DNA of 64,000 nucleotides from Nitrospirota bacterium (GCA_963796125.1 CAWCKM010000045.1:30226-94225), one strand, 5' to 3'. Positions 40,844 to 49,453 are shown, counted from the first letter of the stretch. Numbers and translations are program-made. Notes: generated by a model from the sequence alone, not told the origin.

Positions 40844-42459
40844 AGATCTAAGAGAGTCTGTAACAGTTCGTCTGTTATTTGGATCATCTTTGCACCAGCC
40901 TGATATGACCGCTGGAACCGTATGAGATTTGCAGCTTCCTCATCAAGAGAGACACCAGACAGGGATTCCCGCCTGTTATTTAATTCTGATAAGAGGTTGC
41001 TATCGAAGGTTAAGCTGTCCGAGGCTGCCCTGCTCATGGAACCAATCGTGGATACGAGTCCACCGTAGTAACTGGAAAGTGTTGCGCCGCCGAGGTTCGC
41101 TATGGAATTCTGGTAAAGTTGCACGATGCGGAGGGCGTTCGAGTTATCTCCGGGTAACGCGGTATTTGATGATGCAGCAGCTATCTTCTGTTGATCCGTA
41201 ATGGCAACTTCAAAATTCTTCATAACATCTGTCAAAGGACTCACCGTGAATTTGTCAGTAGAGGTAACGGTTCCTGTGATAGAGATCTCTATGCCGTCAA
41301 AGCTTATGGGGGCCCCGGAGACGTATGCTCCGGATGTCACGAGTGTGCCGTTTTGCTTATTGTACACAAGGTAGTTACCGGACGCATCAAACTGTATGCT
41401 GTACTCATCGAGGGTCAGTTGAGAGGAGTCTGTTATGGTAGCAGTCATATCTGCGCCGGATGAGAAGTCTCTTGTCGAGAGTTGGAGAGGTGCGAAGAAA
41501 TCATTGTCTGTGGTTCCATCGAGTCCATATCCTGACCTGTGAAGTATGTTGATCTCTTGAATGAGAGAGGCAATGAGTCTTTGCAGACCATTCAATGAGC
41601 TTGTTCTGATAGTATCCCGAACTGAGATGAGCCCCCCTAATTGTCCCTTCTTGATGTTCCCTGTAATATCTATCCCGTCGATGTAAAGGTCTTTGTCTCC
41701 CTCTTCATTGATCCTTGTGGAAAGACTGTTTGATGTTTCACCGGAGACAAGGTTTCTCATCCCAACCATGACCGTTATCGAACCGTTTTCATCTTCAAAA
41801 GAACTGAAGTCCACAAGAGTGGCAAGCTCATTCAAGAGCATATCCCTTTGGTCTCTTAGATCGTGGGCGCTCTCGACTTGAGACCCTGCCTCTACCTGGA
41901 CTATTTTGCCATTTATTGCAGCAATCTCTGATCCTATAGCATTAACGCGCTCAGCAATGTTATCTATCGTGTCATTTATACTTTCGAGGTTTTCTGTGAT
42001 CCCAAGCTCCATCTGTTTTGCAACGAGAACAAGGGCATTAGCCTTCTGGAGCAAGACGCTTCTCTGGACAAAACCTTCCGGGTTTGTGGCAACCTCCTGC
42101 CATGCGTTGAAGAAGTCTGTGAGAGGAACAGCAAGTCCGATGTTTTTTGCTTCATTGAAAATCTGTTCTATCTGGCTCAGCGTTTGATTCAGCGCAGAGG
42201 AACTTCCATAGTTCTGGTATTGCCCCCAGAGTTGAGTTTGAATGAATTGATCATAGTGCCTCCTGATCCCGGAGATCGTTACCCCGCTTCCCAATAAGTT
42301 ACCACTGAGCGCAACAGGGCCTGAAACAGCAAAGATGGCTTCTCTCCTGCTGAACCCGGGTGTATTAATATTGGCAATATTATGGCTGGTCACGGTAAGG
42401 GCTGTCTGACTTGCGAAGATTGCTGATTTGGCGATATCGAATAGTCCGAATAAGGACAA
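40840..42459 (-). CDS. flgK: Flagellar hook-associated protein FlgK
   Basis: 539 aa. N-terminal SLFGLFDIAKSAIFASQTALTVTSHNIANINTPGFSR and C-terminal SGVSLDEEAANLIRFQRSYQA motifs. Confidence 0.92.
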   Translation of the reverse strand: MSLFGLFDIAKSAIFASQTALTVTSHNIANINTPGFSRREAIFAVSGPVALSGNLLGSGVTISGIRRHYDQFIQTQLWGQYQNYGSSSALNQTLSQIEQIFNEAKNIGLAVPLTDFFNAWQEVATNPEGFVQRSVLLQKANALVLVAKQMELGITENLESINDTIDNIAERVNAIGSEIAAINGKIVQVEAGSQVESAHDLRDQRDMLLNELATLVDFSSFEDENGSITVMVGMRNLVSGETSNSLSTRINEEGDKDLYIDGIDITGNIKKGQLGGLISVRDTIRTSSLNGLQRLIASLIQEINILHRSGYGLDGTTDNDFFAPLQLSTRDFSSGADMTATITDSSQLTLDEYSIQFDASGNYLVYNKQNGTLVTSGAYVSGAPISFDGIEISITGTVTSTDKFTVSPLTDVMKNFEVAITDQQKIAAASSNTALPGDNSNALRIVQLYQNSIANLGGATLSSYYGGLVSTIGSMSRAASDSLTFDSNLLSELNNRRESLSGVSLDEEAANLIRFQRSYQAGAKMIQITDELLQTLLDL

Positions 42460-42915
42460 TCAGATCTCCTTCGAGAGCATAATTCCCGTATTATTTGGAT
42501 TGATGTGAAGCCCGCATGATTCCAGAAAACCAACTGAGTTTCGAACAATACTTAAGGAACGATGGATCAAAATCATATTAAAGTCGTTTAGTTCCTGGAT
42601 GCTCTGCAGTAAGGATATTAATTGTGATCTCATAAGTTGGAAGTCATTGTCTGCGGTCAATTCGGAAAGACTCTGTAAACTAACGTTACCGAGGATTGCA
42701 TTATCAGCAGAGTATTTCTTGATAAGCCTGAGCCTCTCCTCTTCAAGGAGCCTGAGCCTGAGGAGTGTGGTATCCTTTTCCTTGGAGAGATTCTCGACCT
42801 CATGAGCATCCAGATTAATAAGACATTCTCTTTCCCTCTGGAGCAATTCAAGAAGCACTCGATAGCTTTTTATCTGCTCAATGAGAATACTCTTGATGGA
42901 ATCAATGATCCTCAT
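42460..42915 (-). CDS. flgN: FlgN-family flagellar chaperone
   Basis: 151-aa helical protein between flgM and flgK. The N-terminal LLELLQRERECL pattern is typical of FlgN. Confidence 0.7.
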   Translation of the reverse strand: MRIIDSIKSILIEQIKSYRVLLELLQRERECLINLDAHEVENLSKEKDTTLLRLRLLEEERLRLIKKYSADNAILGNVSLQSLSELTADNDFQLMRSQLISLLQSIQELNDFNMILIHRSLSIVRNSVGFLESCGLHINPNNTGIMLSKEI

Positions 42916-43202
42916 AACTCATCAAGGATTTTCTGTGCTATTTTCGAGGAATCAACATGATAAGTGCCTGATTTTAGAGCTTCTTTTATTGCACTAATTT
43001 TCTCTTCCCGCACTGCAGGTAATTGCTCAATAGCTGACATCAACTCGGCAACTTTCTTGCCTTCTCCGGAAATTTCAACTATATCAACTGATTTCGTTTT
43101 TTCTGATTTTGCCGGCTTACTCTGTGCATGTGGTCGGGAAACCTTCTGGGCACTGGGATTTATCTCCTGGCCGTCCGGTGGTTTATTCCCATGAATTTTC
43201 AT
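42912..43202 (-). CDS. flgM: Anti-sigma-28 factor FlgM
   Basis: 96 aa. C-terminal KISAIKEALKSGTYHVDSSKIAQKILDEL is the FlgM signature. A sigma-28 promoter lies directly upstream. Confidence 0.8.
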   Translation of the reverse strand: MKIHGNKPPDGQEINPSAQKVSRPHAQSKPAKSEKTKSVDIVEISGEGKKVAELMSAIEQLPAVREEKISAIKEALKSGTYHVDSSKIAQKILDEL

Positions 43203-43232
43203 TGAGTCCTCCTCTCAATGGTCTTTTCTTTT

Positions 43233-43259
43233 TTATCGGAATTATTGATAAATTCTTTA
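43233..43259 (-). promoter_or_regulatory. Sigma-28 (FliA)-type promoter for flgM-flgN-flgK-flgL
   Basis: The minus strand reads TAAAGAAT-N11-TCCGATAA, ~30 nt upstream of the flgM ATG (RBS GAGGAGG). Confidence 0.65.
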
Positions 43260-43262
43260 ATT

Positions 43263-43631
43263 TCATCCGCTTGCCAAAAGCCTTACAGGATCAACAAATC
43301 CTTCCCTGTTATGTATTTCAAGATGCAGATGAGGCCCGGTACTCTTTCCCGTATGTCCAACATGAGCGATGATCGTATTTGTATCTACCTGTTCCCCTTC
43401 TTTGACAAGATTGGTCTTATTATGGGCATATTTACTGATAAGGCCATCACTGTGTTCGATGATAACAACGTTGCCGTACCCTGACTGCTCACCGCTAAAG
43501 ACTACCTTTCCTTTTCTAATCGGATGAACCTCGGTTCCGACAGGTGCTGCAATATCAACGCCTGTATGGAATCGGTCATCGCCGTAAACTCGGATGCCTT
43601 CGCATACCAAAATGAGAACTGATGACACCAT
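43263..43631 (-). CDS. M23-family metallopeptidase (stand-alone, short)
   Basis: HTGVDIAAPVGTEV...GYGNVVIIEH...GHTGKSTGPHLHLEIH LytM-type motifs. Overlaps the rod-binding gene stop by 1 nt. Confidence 0.85.
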   Translation of the reverse strand: MVSSVLILVCEGIRVYGDDRFHTGVDIAAPVGTEVHPIRKGKVVFSGEQSGYGNVVIIEHSDGLISKYAHNKTNLVKEGEQVDTNTIIAHVGHTGKSTGPHLHLEIHNREGFVDPVRLLASG

Positions 43632-44032
43632 TAACAGGTAAAGAATGTAGACCCGGTGCCGGACGCTGGTGGCAGGGAACTGCTGTCTGGCTCAGGGCTT
43701 TGAGTTTGAATTTCAGATGTCTCTTCATTCTTGCCACCCTGTTCCAGGATTCTTTGCGTGATTAACTCCCTGAGCAACATTTCCTGAAGTCCAAGTCCTC
43801 TCTCAGCAAAGAGTCTTGCAAGCTCCATATCAAACATGCTCATATAGGTGTCCTTGCCAAGACTGTTTTTTGTTTCTGTTGTAGCTGTCTGTCTCATCGC
43901 CTTTACCAACTCGTACACAAAGAGGGCCTCCATCTCTCTTGCCACAGCCTTTATAGCATCCGGGTCATTTCTTCCTTTATATTCCTCGATACTTCGGTGA
44001 TAATACCCAGATATCCCCTGTGGACTGTGCAT
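43631..44032 (-). CDS. flgJ: Flagellar rod-binding protein (FlgJ N-terminal domain only)
   Basis: EMEALFVYELVKAMRQT and MFDMELARLFAE match the Rod-binding domain. No glucosaminidase domain is present. Confidence 0.8.
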   Translation of the reverse strand: MHSPQGISGYYHRSIEEYKGRNDPDAIKAVAREMEALFVYELVKAMRQTATTETKNSLGKDTYMSMFDMELARLFAERGLGLQEMLLRELITQRILEQGGKNEETSEIQTQSPEPDSSSLPPASGTGSTFFTC

Positions 44033-45192
44033 TAGATGATCTCCAACTCAGCCTTCAAAGACCCTGATGCTTTTAAAGCCTGGAGTATCGCAATCAGGTC
44101 TCGGGGTGTTACCCCTAAGGCATTCAATGCCCTGACGATTTCTCCAAGAGTTGTGCCCGAAACCTCCATAAGGGATGCTTTCTGTTCCTTTGCAGTGACA
44201 TCTGTTTGAGGCACAACAACTGTTTTAGCTTTTTCAGGCGCAAAAGGCGGAGGCTGAGAAACCCCAAACTCTGTTTTTATCTCAATAGTAAGGTTGCCAT
44301 GAGCTATTGCAACAGGCGATATCCTGACTTTATCGCCGATCACTACAGTTCCTGTTCTTTCATTTATTACAACCCGTGCAGGAATATCCACGGATATATC
44401 AAGTCCCTCAATCAGGGTAATAAATTCTACTTTTTTATCCATATATGCCGGAGGTATTTTCAATCGTACTGCCGACGGGTCGATAGTAGAGGCATACTCA
44501 AAATTCAAAGTCTCATTTACTTTTTTTGCAAGTGTTGTTGCAGTAGTAAAATCAGGCTGATGGAGAAAGATCTTGATCTCTCCTCCGTTTCCAAGGGTAA
44601 AGTGCAAGTCTTGTTCTACGATAACTCCCTGAGGAACTTTTCCTGCGGTGGGATGATTCTTTTGAACAACATTTCCCCCTCCGCCACCTACGAATCCACC
44701 AATAGAGACAGGACCCTGAGCAAGGGCGTAGACTTTGCTATCAGGGCCTTTTAAAGGGGTAAGAAGGAGGGTCCCACCCTGGAGACTCTTGGCATCTCCA
44801 AGGGTTGATACCAGGGCGTCGACTTTGCTGCCAGGTTTAGGGAACGGAGGTAGAGTAGCAGTGACCATAACAGCCGCAGTATTTTTAGCCATAATATCCC
44901 TTGGCTTAACGGTGATTCCCATTCTCTGGAGCATATTTGCTATACCCTGTAATGTTGCAAGTCCCGTATCTCCTGTACCATTGATACCAACAACAAGTCC
45001 ATATCCTATGAGTTGATTCTCTCTTACACCTTCGAAGCTCGCTATGTCCTTAATACGCTCAGCATAACCAAAAGTGAAAAGTGAAAAGTGAAAAGTGAAA
45101 AGTAAAAGAAGGGGTATGATCAGGATACGGTTTTTTGTATTAAACTTTTTAACTTTTAACTTTAAACTTTTAACTGTCTTTAGAATGGCCAT
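44032..45192 (-). CDS. flgI: Flagellar P-ring protein FlgI
   Basis: ERIKDIASFEGVRENQLIGYGLVVGINGTGD is the mature N-terminus. 386 aa. The signal peptide is encoded by heptamer arrays. Confidence 0.93.
   Translation of the reverse strand: MAILKTVKSLKLKVKKFNTKNRILIIPLLLLFTFHFSLFTFGYAERIKDIASFEGVRENQLIGYGLVVGINGTGDTGLATLQGIANMLQRMGITVKPRDIMAKNTAAVMVTATLPPFPKPGSKVDALVSTLGDAKSLQGGTLLLTPLKGPDSKVYALAQGPVSIGGFVGGGGGNVVQKNHPTAGKVPQGVIVEQDLHFTLGNGGEIKIFLHQPDFTTATTLAKKVNETLNFEYASTIDPSAVRLKIPPAYMDKKVEFITLIEGLDISVDIPARVVINERTGTVVIGDKVRISPVAIAHGNLTIEIKTEFGVSQPPPFAPEKAKTVVVPQTDVTAKEQKASLMEVSGTTLGEIVRALNALGVTPRDLIAILQALKASGSLKAELEII
45074..45108. repeat. Heptanucleotide tandem array (GTGAAAA x4 + GTAAAAG) inside the flgI signal-peptide codons
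   Basis: Perfect 7-nt spacing at 45074, 45081, 45088, 45095 and 45102. The coding strand CTTTTCA repeats translate LFTFHFSLFTF. Confidence 0.95.
45143..45176. repeat. Heptanucleotide tandem array (AACTTTT-type, 5 units) in flgI codons 6-17, overlapping the flgH stop region
   Basis: AAC occurs at 45143, 45151, 45158, 45165 and 45172 (spacing 8, 7, 7, 7). Translates VKSLKLKVKKFN on the minus strand. Confidence 0.9.
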
Positions 45193-45859
45193 ACTCTATC
45201 CATTATTCTTACAAGCCAACCGGGGCTCTGTTTGTCCTGAACGACGCCATTTCCAACAAAGTAGATCTGTGCATCTGCTACTCTGGTGCTCGGTACGGTA
45301 TTGTCAGCAGCGATATCATAAGGCCTTATCATTCCTCTCAGGACAAGGAACTGTTGTTCGTTATTTATGGTTATTTCTTTTCTCGACTCTATAACAAGGT
45401 TGCTATTAGGCATAACCTCTACAACCTTTGCAGTTATAGTTCCTACAAGTTTTCCCTCTCTATTTGTCTCACCTGTCCCCTTGAAGTCATCCTTCATGGA
45501 TCCCTTTACTGTAGGTGAAAACGTATAACCGTGGCCATAGAGATTTTGTAAATTTAAGTTGGGTGGTGCACCCAAAAAATCATCAACCTTTGCCTCCAGA
45601 GTAGATTCTCTCTCTGTATCGGTATCAGCCTTTCCTGAACCTGAAATGTTTTCTACAACCAATATTGTTACAAGGTCATTGAGCCTCCGTGCTTTAACAT
45701 CTTCATAGAGACTCGCTGTATCACGCCATAGAGAATTGAGGGTGGATGGTTCAGCCTTCTCCTCATGTACATATTTTGGAGGCGCGGGTGGGAGGTCCGG
45801 TGTCGTAGCACAAGAAAACAGAAAAAAAGCATAAAGCAAAGGACAAAGATACAGAGCAT
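45180..45859 (-). pseudogene. flgH: Flagellar L-ring lipoprotein FlgH, probable frameshift in the A7 run at 45822-45828
   Basis: The mature protein and lipobox LFSC are in frame from the TTG at 45839, leaving only 9 aa before the Cys. The ATG at 45859 (MLCIFVLCFMLFF) is in another frame, joined across the homopolymer. Confidence 0.85.
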
Positions 45860-45924
45860 TATGTTCTTAGTCTCTTAGCCCCATGTTTTTTGCTAATAGC
45901 TCGCTGCCCTGTGTACTGTGCAAT

Positions 45925-46608
45925 TCAGAATTCTACCTTTACAGTATTTCCATCCATAAGGATCCCGCTGATAACCTTTTTTGATGCAAGGTTCACAGCC
46001 TTTACATGACTCCCGACAGAGCTGTTTTCTTTTATCTCACCAAGTGTTGTTATGATGAACGATGGTGATTCAATGACAAGAGTTACCTTATGTCCTCTTT
46101 TGACGGTGGACTTGTCTGATACCATGGTATCTACGACAGGGACGTTTGCAACTATTGAACGGGCCAAAGGTTTACCGATGACCTGTTCGGTGTTCCTTAT
46201 GACGCCCTTTGGTATCCGTGTTACATCCATCAGTTTTGTAAAGACATCATCCCTCTGAAGGCAATAACCTTTTCTGAAGGCCCTTCCACTCATGACAATC
46301 CAGTCAAAGGCTTTTACATTTCCTGTTGCTGTAATTTTCTTACCATTTCTGAATTCCATGGTGAATAGTGTTTTGCCAGGAGGTCCCTTTTCGACTAATA
46401 CCTTCAATGGCTGTTCATCGGGGAGGGTATCACTTATGAGGAGATCATCTATTTCTATCTCAGCCCATGGATAGTTCTCCTTCACATGTGCTTTCAGCAC
46501 AGCATCAGGATTCCACGAGAGCGCTGTTGCAAAGGAAGACATCAGGCAAAGGGCAAAGAGCAAAGAGCAAAGAGCAAAAGCTTTTTTACCCTGACTTCTG
46601 ACTCCCAC
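45925..46608 (-). CDS. flgA: Flagellar P-ring assembly chaperone FlgA
   Basis: 227 aa. Signal peptide and SAF-domain-like C-terminal half (GKPLARSI...VKRGHKVTLV...VNLASKKVISG). Sits between flgG and flgH. Confidence 0.8.
   Translation of the reverse strand: MGVRSQGKKAFALCSLLFALCLMSSFATALSWNPDAVLKAHVKENYPWAEIEIDDLLISDTLPDEQPLKVLVEKGPPGKTLFTMEFRNGKKITATGNVKAFDWIVMSGRAFRKGYCLQRDDVFTKLMDVTRIPKGVIRNTEQVIGKPLARSIVANVPVVDTMVSDKSTVKRGHKVTLVIESPSFIITTLGEIKENSSVGSHVKAVNLASKKVISGILMDGNTVKVEF
46546..46580. repeat. Heptanucleotide tandem array (GCAAAGA-type, 5 units) inside the flgA signal-peptide codons
   Basis: GCAAAGG GCAAAGA GCAAAGA GCAAAGA GCAAAAG with perfect 7-nt spacing. Translates AFALCSLLFALC on the minus strand. 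Confidence 0.95.
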
Positions 46609-46609
46609 T

Positions 46610-47399
46610 TTATCTCCTCAGATTGTTTGCAATCTGGAGCATTTCATCAGACGTCTGAATAGCCTTGGAATTGATCTCGTAAGCCCTCTGGCTTACGATC
46701 ATATTAACCATTTCCTCTACAATATTCACATTGCTCAGTTCTAAGAATCCCTGAGCGATAGTTGCGAAACCTTCTGTGCCGGGGGAACCCAGGAGAGGGT
46801 CACCTGATGCAGCGGTAGGGGTGAATAGATTCCTTCCCGTTGCTTTGAGCCCGCCGGGGTTGATGAATCGTGCAAGCTCTATCTGTCCTATTTCTGTCGG
46901 TGTTGAACTGCCGGCCTGAAGCACATTAACCTTTCCGTCTGAACTTACCGTAATATTTAATGTGTCTGTAGGAATTGTTATGCTTGGTTCCATGGGATAA
47001 CCATCTGAATTTACAATGCGACCTTCACTATCGAGTTTAAAGGCGCCTGCCCTTGTATATGCGATTGATCCGTCAGGCATCATAATCTGAAAGAATCCGT
47101 CTCCCTCGAGCACCATGTCGAGACTATTGCCGGTACTTGCAAAGTCGCCCTGAAGGAATAATTTCTGTACAGCAGGCAGGTCGCACACCAAGACCTATCT
47201 GAATGCCTGATGGTATCTGGGAGCCTTCAGCGGAAGGTGCACCGGGCGTTCGTAAATCCTGATAGAAGAGTTCTTGAAAATCGGCCCTGCTTTTCTTGAA
47301 TCCAACAGTATTCACATTGGCAAGGTTATTCGCGATCACATCGATATTGAGTTTCTGTGCCTCCATTCCTGTTGCTGCTATAAATAAAGATCTCAGCAT
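46610..47399 (-). pseudogene. flgG: Flagellar distal rod protein FlgG, one frameshift near 47150-47190
   Basis: [35 protein letters not shown] (ATG at 47399, RBS AGGAGGAGG), then ...[19 protein letters not shown]...[20 protein letters not shown] in another frame. Confidence 0.9.
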
Positions 47400-47476
47400 G
47401 TCATTCCTCCTCCTGAAAGACACGTTTTGCATTCAAAACAGTGCCACTACTTATATTTGTGTATCGGTTAACCCTT

Positions 47477-48184
47477 TTATATCTTTGCGATTTCATTTGT
47501 GGCTTTTGCCTGTGCCTCGTCAAAGAATTGGATAGCTTTCTGAAATGATTCAAACTCTCTGAACATTTCAATCATACGGACCATTTCTTTTACGATCTCG
47601 ACATTTGATTTCTCTAATTGCCCCTGCTTGACAACTCCCTTTGTTTGAGAGGGGTTGCCTTTGAAAAGAAAGATATTCCCTCCTGCCTTTGACAGATTTT
47701 CCGGCTGCTGAAACTCTACAATCCTGAGGGAGTCCACCTTTTCTCCATTCACGAACACATCGCCTGATTCATTGATCTGTAGTGTCCCGTCAGGTAATCG
47801 TATCGGCCCCTTTTCTCCCAGGACCTTTATGTTGTCCTGGGTGGTTAGATATCCTTCACCGTCTTTTTTCAGATCACCTCTTCTTGTATAACGTTTCCCT
47901 TCCAGGGAAATGAATCCTTTTCCCTCAATCGCGATATCGAGAAGATTACCGGTCTTGATCATATTACCGGCAGAGAGATCAGTCCTGAATGTTGAGATGT
48001 CGCTCATAGCCCTTCCGTCAGGATCATAACTGAAGACATCCTGGGGAATAAGGTAGTCCTTAAATGTAATCTGGTCTTTCTTGTATCCGATAGTATCTGC
48101 ATTGGCAAGGTTCTGCGAAATAGTTTCCATTTGGGCGTGCTTTAGTACAGCGCCGGACAATGCAATATAAATACCTTTATACAT
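47477..48184 (-). CDS. flgF: Flagellar proximal rod protein FlgF
   Basis: MYKGIYIALSGAVLK...ISQNLANADTIGYKKD N-terminus and a conserved rod-protein C-terminus. 235 aa. Confidence 0.88.
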   Translation of the reverse strand: MYKGIYIALSGAVLKHAQMETISQNLANADTIGYKKDQITFKDYLIPQDVFSYDPDGRAMSDISTFRTDLSAGNMIKTGNLLDIAIEGKGFISLEGKRYTRRGDLKKDGEGYLTTQDNIKVLGEKGPIRLPDGTLQINESGDVFVNGEKVDSLRIVEFQQPENLSKAGGNIFLFKGNPSQTKGVVKQGQLEKSNVEIVKEMVRMIEMFREFESFQKAIQFFDEAQAKATNEIAKI

Positions 48185-48197
48185 GCCTTAGGCGTAA

Positions 48198-48212
48198 GCA
48201 AAGTTAGTGCCA
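48198..48212 (-). promoter_or_regulatory. Sigma-54-type promoter (TGGCAC-N5-TTGC) upstream of flgF
   Basis: The minus strand reads TGGCACTAACTTTGC, an exact match to the -24/-12 core. The -12 GC lies only 13 nt from the flgF ATG. Confidence 0.45.
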
Positions 48213-48344
48213 AAAAAATCCAAATCACTCAATCGGTTAAATATGCATGAAGTAAGCAGTTTATGGTCGGTACAAAGGATATTTAGTAGGAAAAATTTTC
48301 CTTTTTTGGTAAGAGTTGCCTAATGGAAGCCGGGCCTTGTGATG

Positions 48345-49325
48345 TTATGACGATTCCCTGACTACTTTGTCAGCAAGCCATCCTTCTTTTCCCTCTGAGG
48401 TCACGATCTTATACCATTTCTTACCGGCATCGTCGGTAAATTCATCTTTTATCTCAAAGACAACGCCTTGTGAAACCCAGCTAACAGGCTGTGAATCAAG
48501 TGAAGGATTTGCCCTGATGGTAGCAGTTTTCGTAACGATAGCAATTGTTTTTTTCAGTTCTTTCTGCTCGATTTCTTTAGCGGCAGGTGTTTCGATCTGG
48601 CGTGGCCCTCGTTGCGCCGGGGGTGAGACCTGCTTGCCAGTCTGTGTGTTTGACCGGGCATTATATTTTTGTCGAATCAGGTCAATAGCTGTTGATTTCT
48701 CTACAACTGAATTTTCCTGTTGCTGGGCGTTGTTAGGTTGTTCAACATTCTGAGGCGTTAACGGGGCATTGTTCCTTTGAAGGAATACGAAATACATAAC
48801 AATTAAACCAATAAGTAAGGATGTGGTCGTCCAAAGAAATTTTCGAGAAGGTATCTTGGGAAGATTTTTATTTGCCTGTGGTTTCGTGGAAAATGTTTTT
48901 TTGTCTTGCTGTGCCGTAAGGGATTCGTCAGGGATATTCCCGTGATCCTTGTCGAGGTTCAGAATAAGTTCTACCTCGCCTATGGGCATGCCAAGAGTGG
49001 CTGCAATCTCTTGACTGCTGATCCCTTTTTTCTTAAGGGAGATGACCGCAGGTCTTTGATCGGTGCCGGCTGTTAGTGTTTCAAGGGCAGTACCCTCTTG
49101 CCCGAGCTTTTTTAAGGAAACGATCTTCTCATCTACTGAAGCCTCAAGGGCCTTCAAGACTTCAATCTTTTTTTCAATCCTTTCAAATAGTTTATCGGAG
49201 ATTTCCTTTATTTCTGCAAGTTCCAGAAGGAGAAGACTTTTCTCTTTGCTTGTTTTCCCTTTTGGTTTAGATTTGACAGGCTTCTTGCGTTCTTTTTCTT
49301 TTAATTCGGGGAGTTGCTCATCCAT
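48345..49325 (-). CDS. Flagellar-locus protein: DUF2802-like helix-turn-helix segment, TM helix and C-terminal SH3b domain
   Basis: GISSQEIAATLGMPIGEVELILNL segment, TM helix (WTTTSLLIGLIVMYFVF) and SH3b-like end (ATIRANPSLDS...KWYKIV...EGWL). Family assignment is tentative. Confidence 0.5.
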   Translation of the reverse strand: MDEQLPELKEKERKKPVKSKPKGKTSKEKSLLLLELAEIKEISDKLFERIEKKIEVLKALEASVDEKIVSLKKLGQEGTALETLTAGTDQRPAVISLKKKGISSQEIAATLGMPIGEVELILNLDKDHGNIPDESLTAQQDKKTFSTKPQANKNLPKIPSRKFLWTTTSLLIGLIVMYFVFLQRNNAPLTPQNVEQPNNAQQQENSVVEKSTAIDLIRQKYNARSNTQTGKQVSPPAQRGPRQIETPAAKEIEQKELKKTIAIVTKTATIRANPSLDSQPVSWVSQGVVFEIKDEFTDDAGKKWYKIVTSEGKEGWLADKVVRESS

Positions 49326-49427
49326 GTTATACTTTAATGTCTATTTTCCCTGATTCTTTTTTCTGTTCTCTCTTGTTCTTTTGTTTTGGTCTTTTTCGGG
49401 AAGGTAATCCCTCATTAACTCCCTTCT

Positions 49428-49453
49428 TTATCGCAGGCGTTTCAGAAATCTTA
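49428..49453 (-). promoter_or_regulatory. Weaker sigma-28-type promoter upstream of the 48345-49325 gene
   Basis: The minus strand reads TAAGATTT-N10-TGCGATAA. The spacer is one nt shorter than in the other three matches. Confidence 0.4.

Noticed and set aside
45074-46580. Heptamer arrays considered as a CRISPR array or as an assembly artefact
   Set aside because: The units are 7 nt with no spacers, so this is not a CRISPR array. The arrays translate into sensible signal peptides in frame with conserved mature FlgI and FlgA, which argues that they are real sequence.
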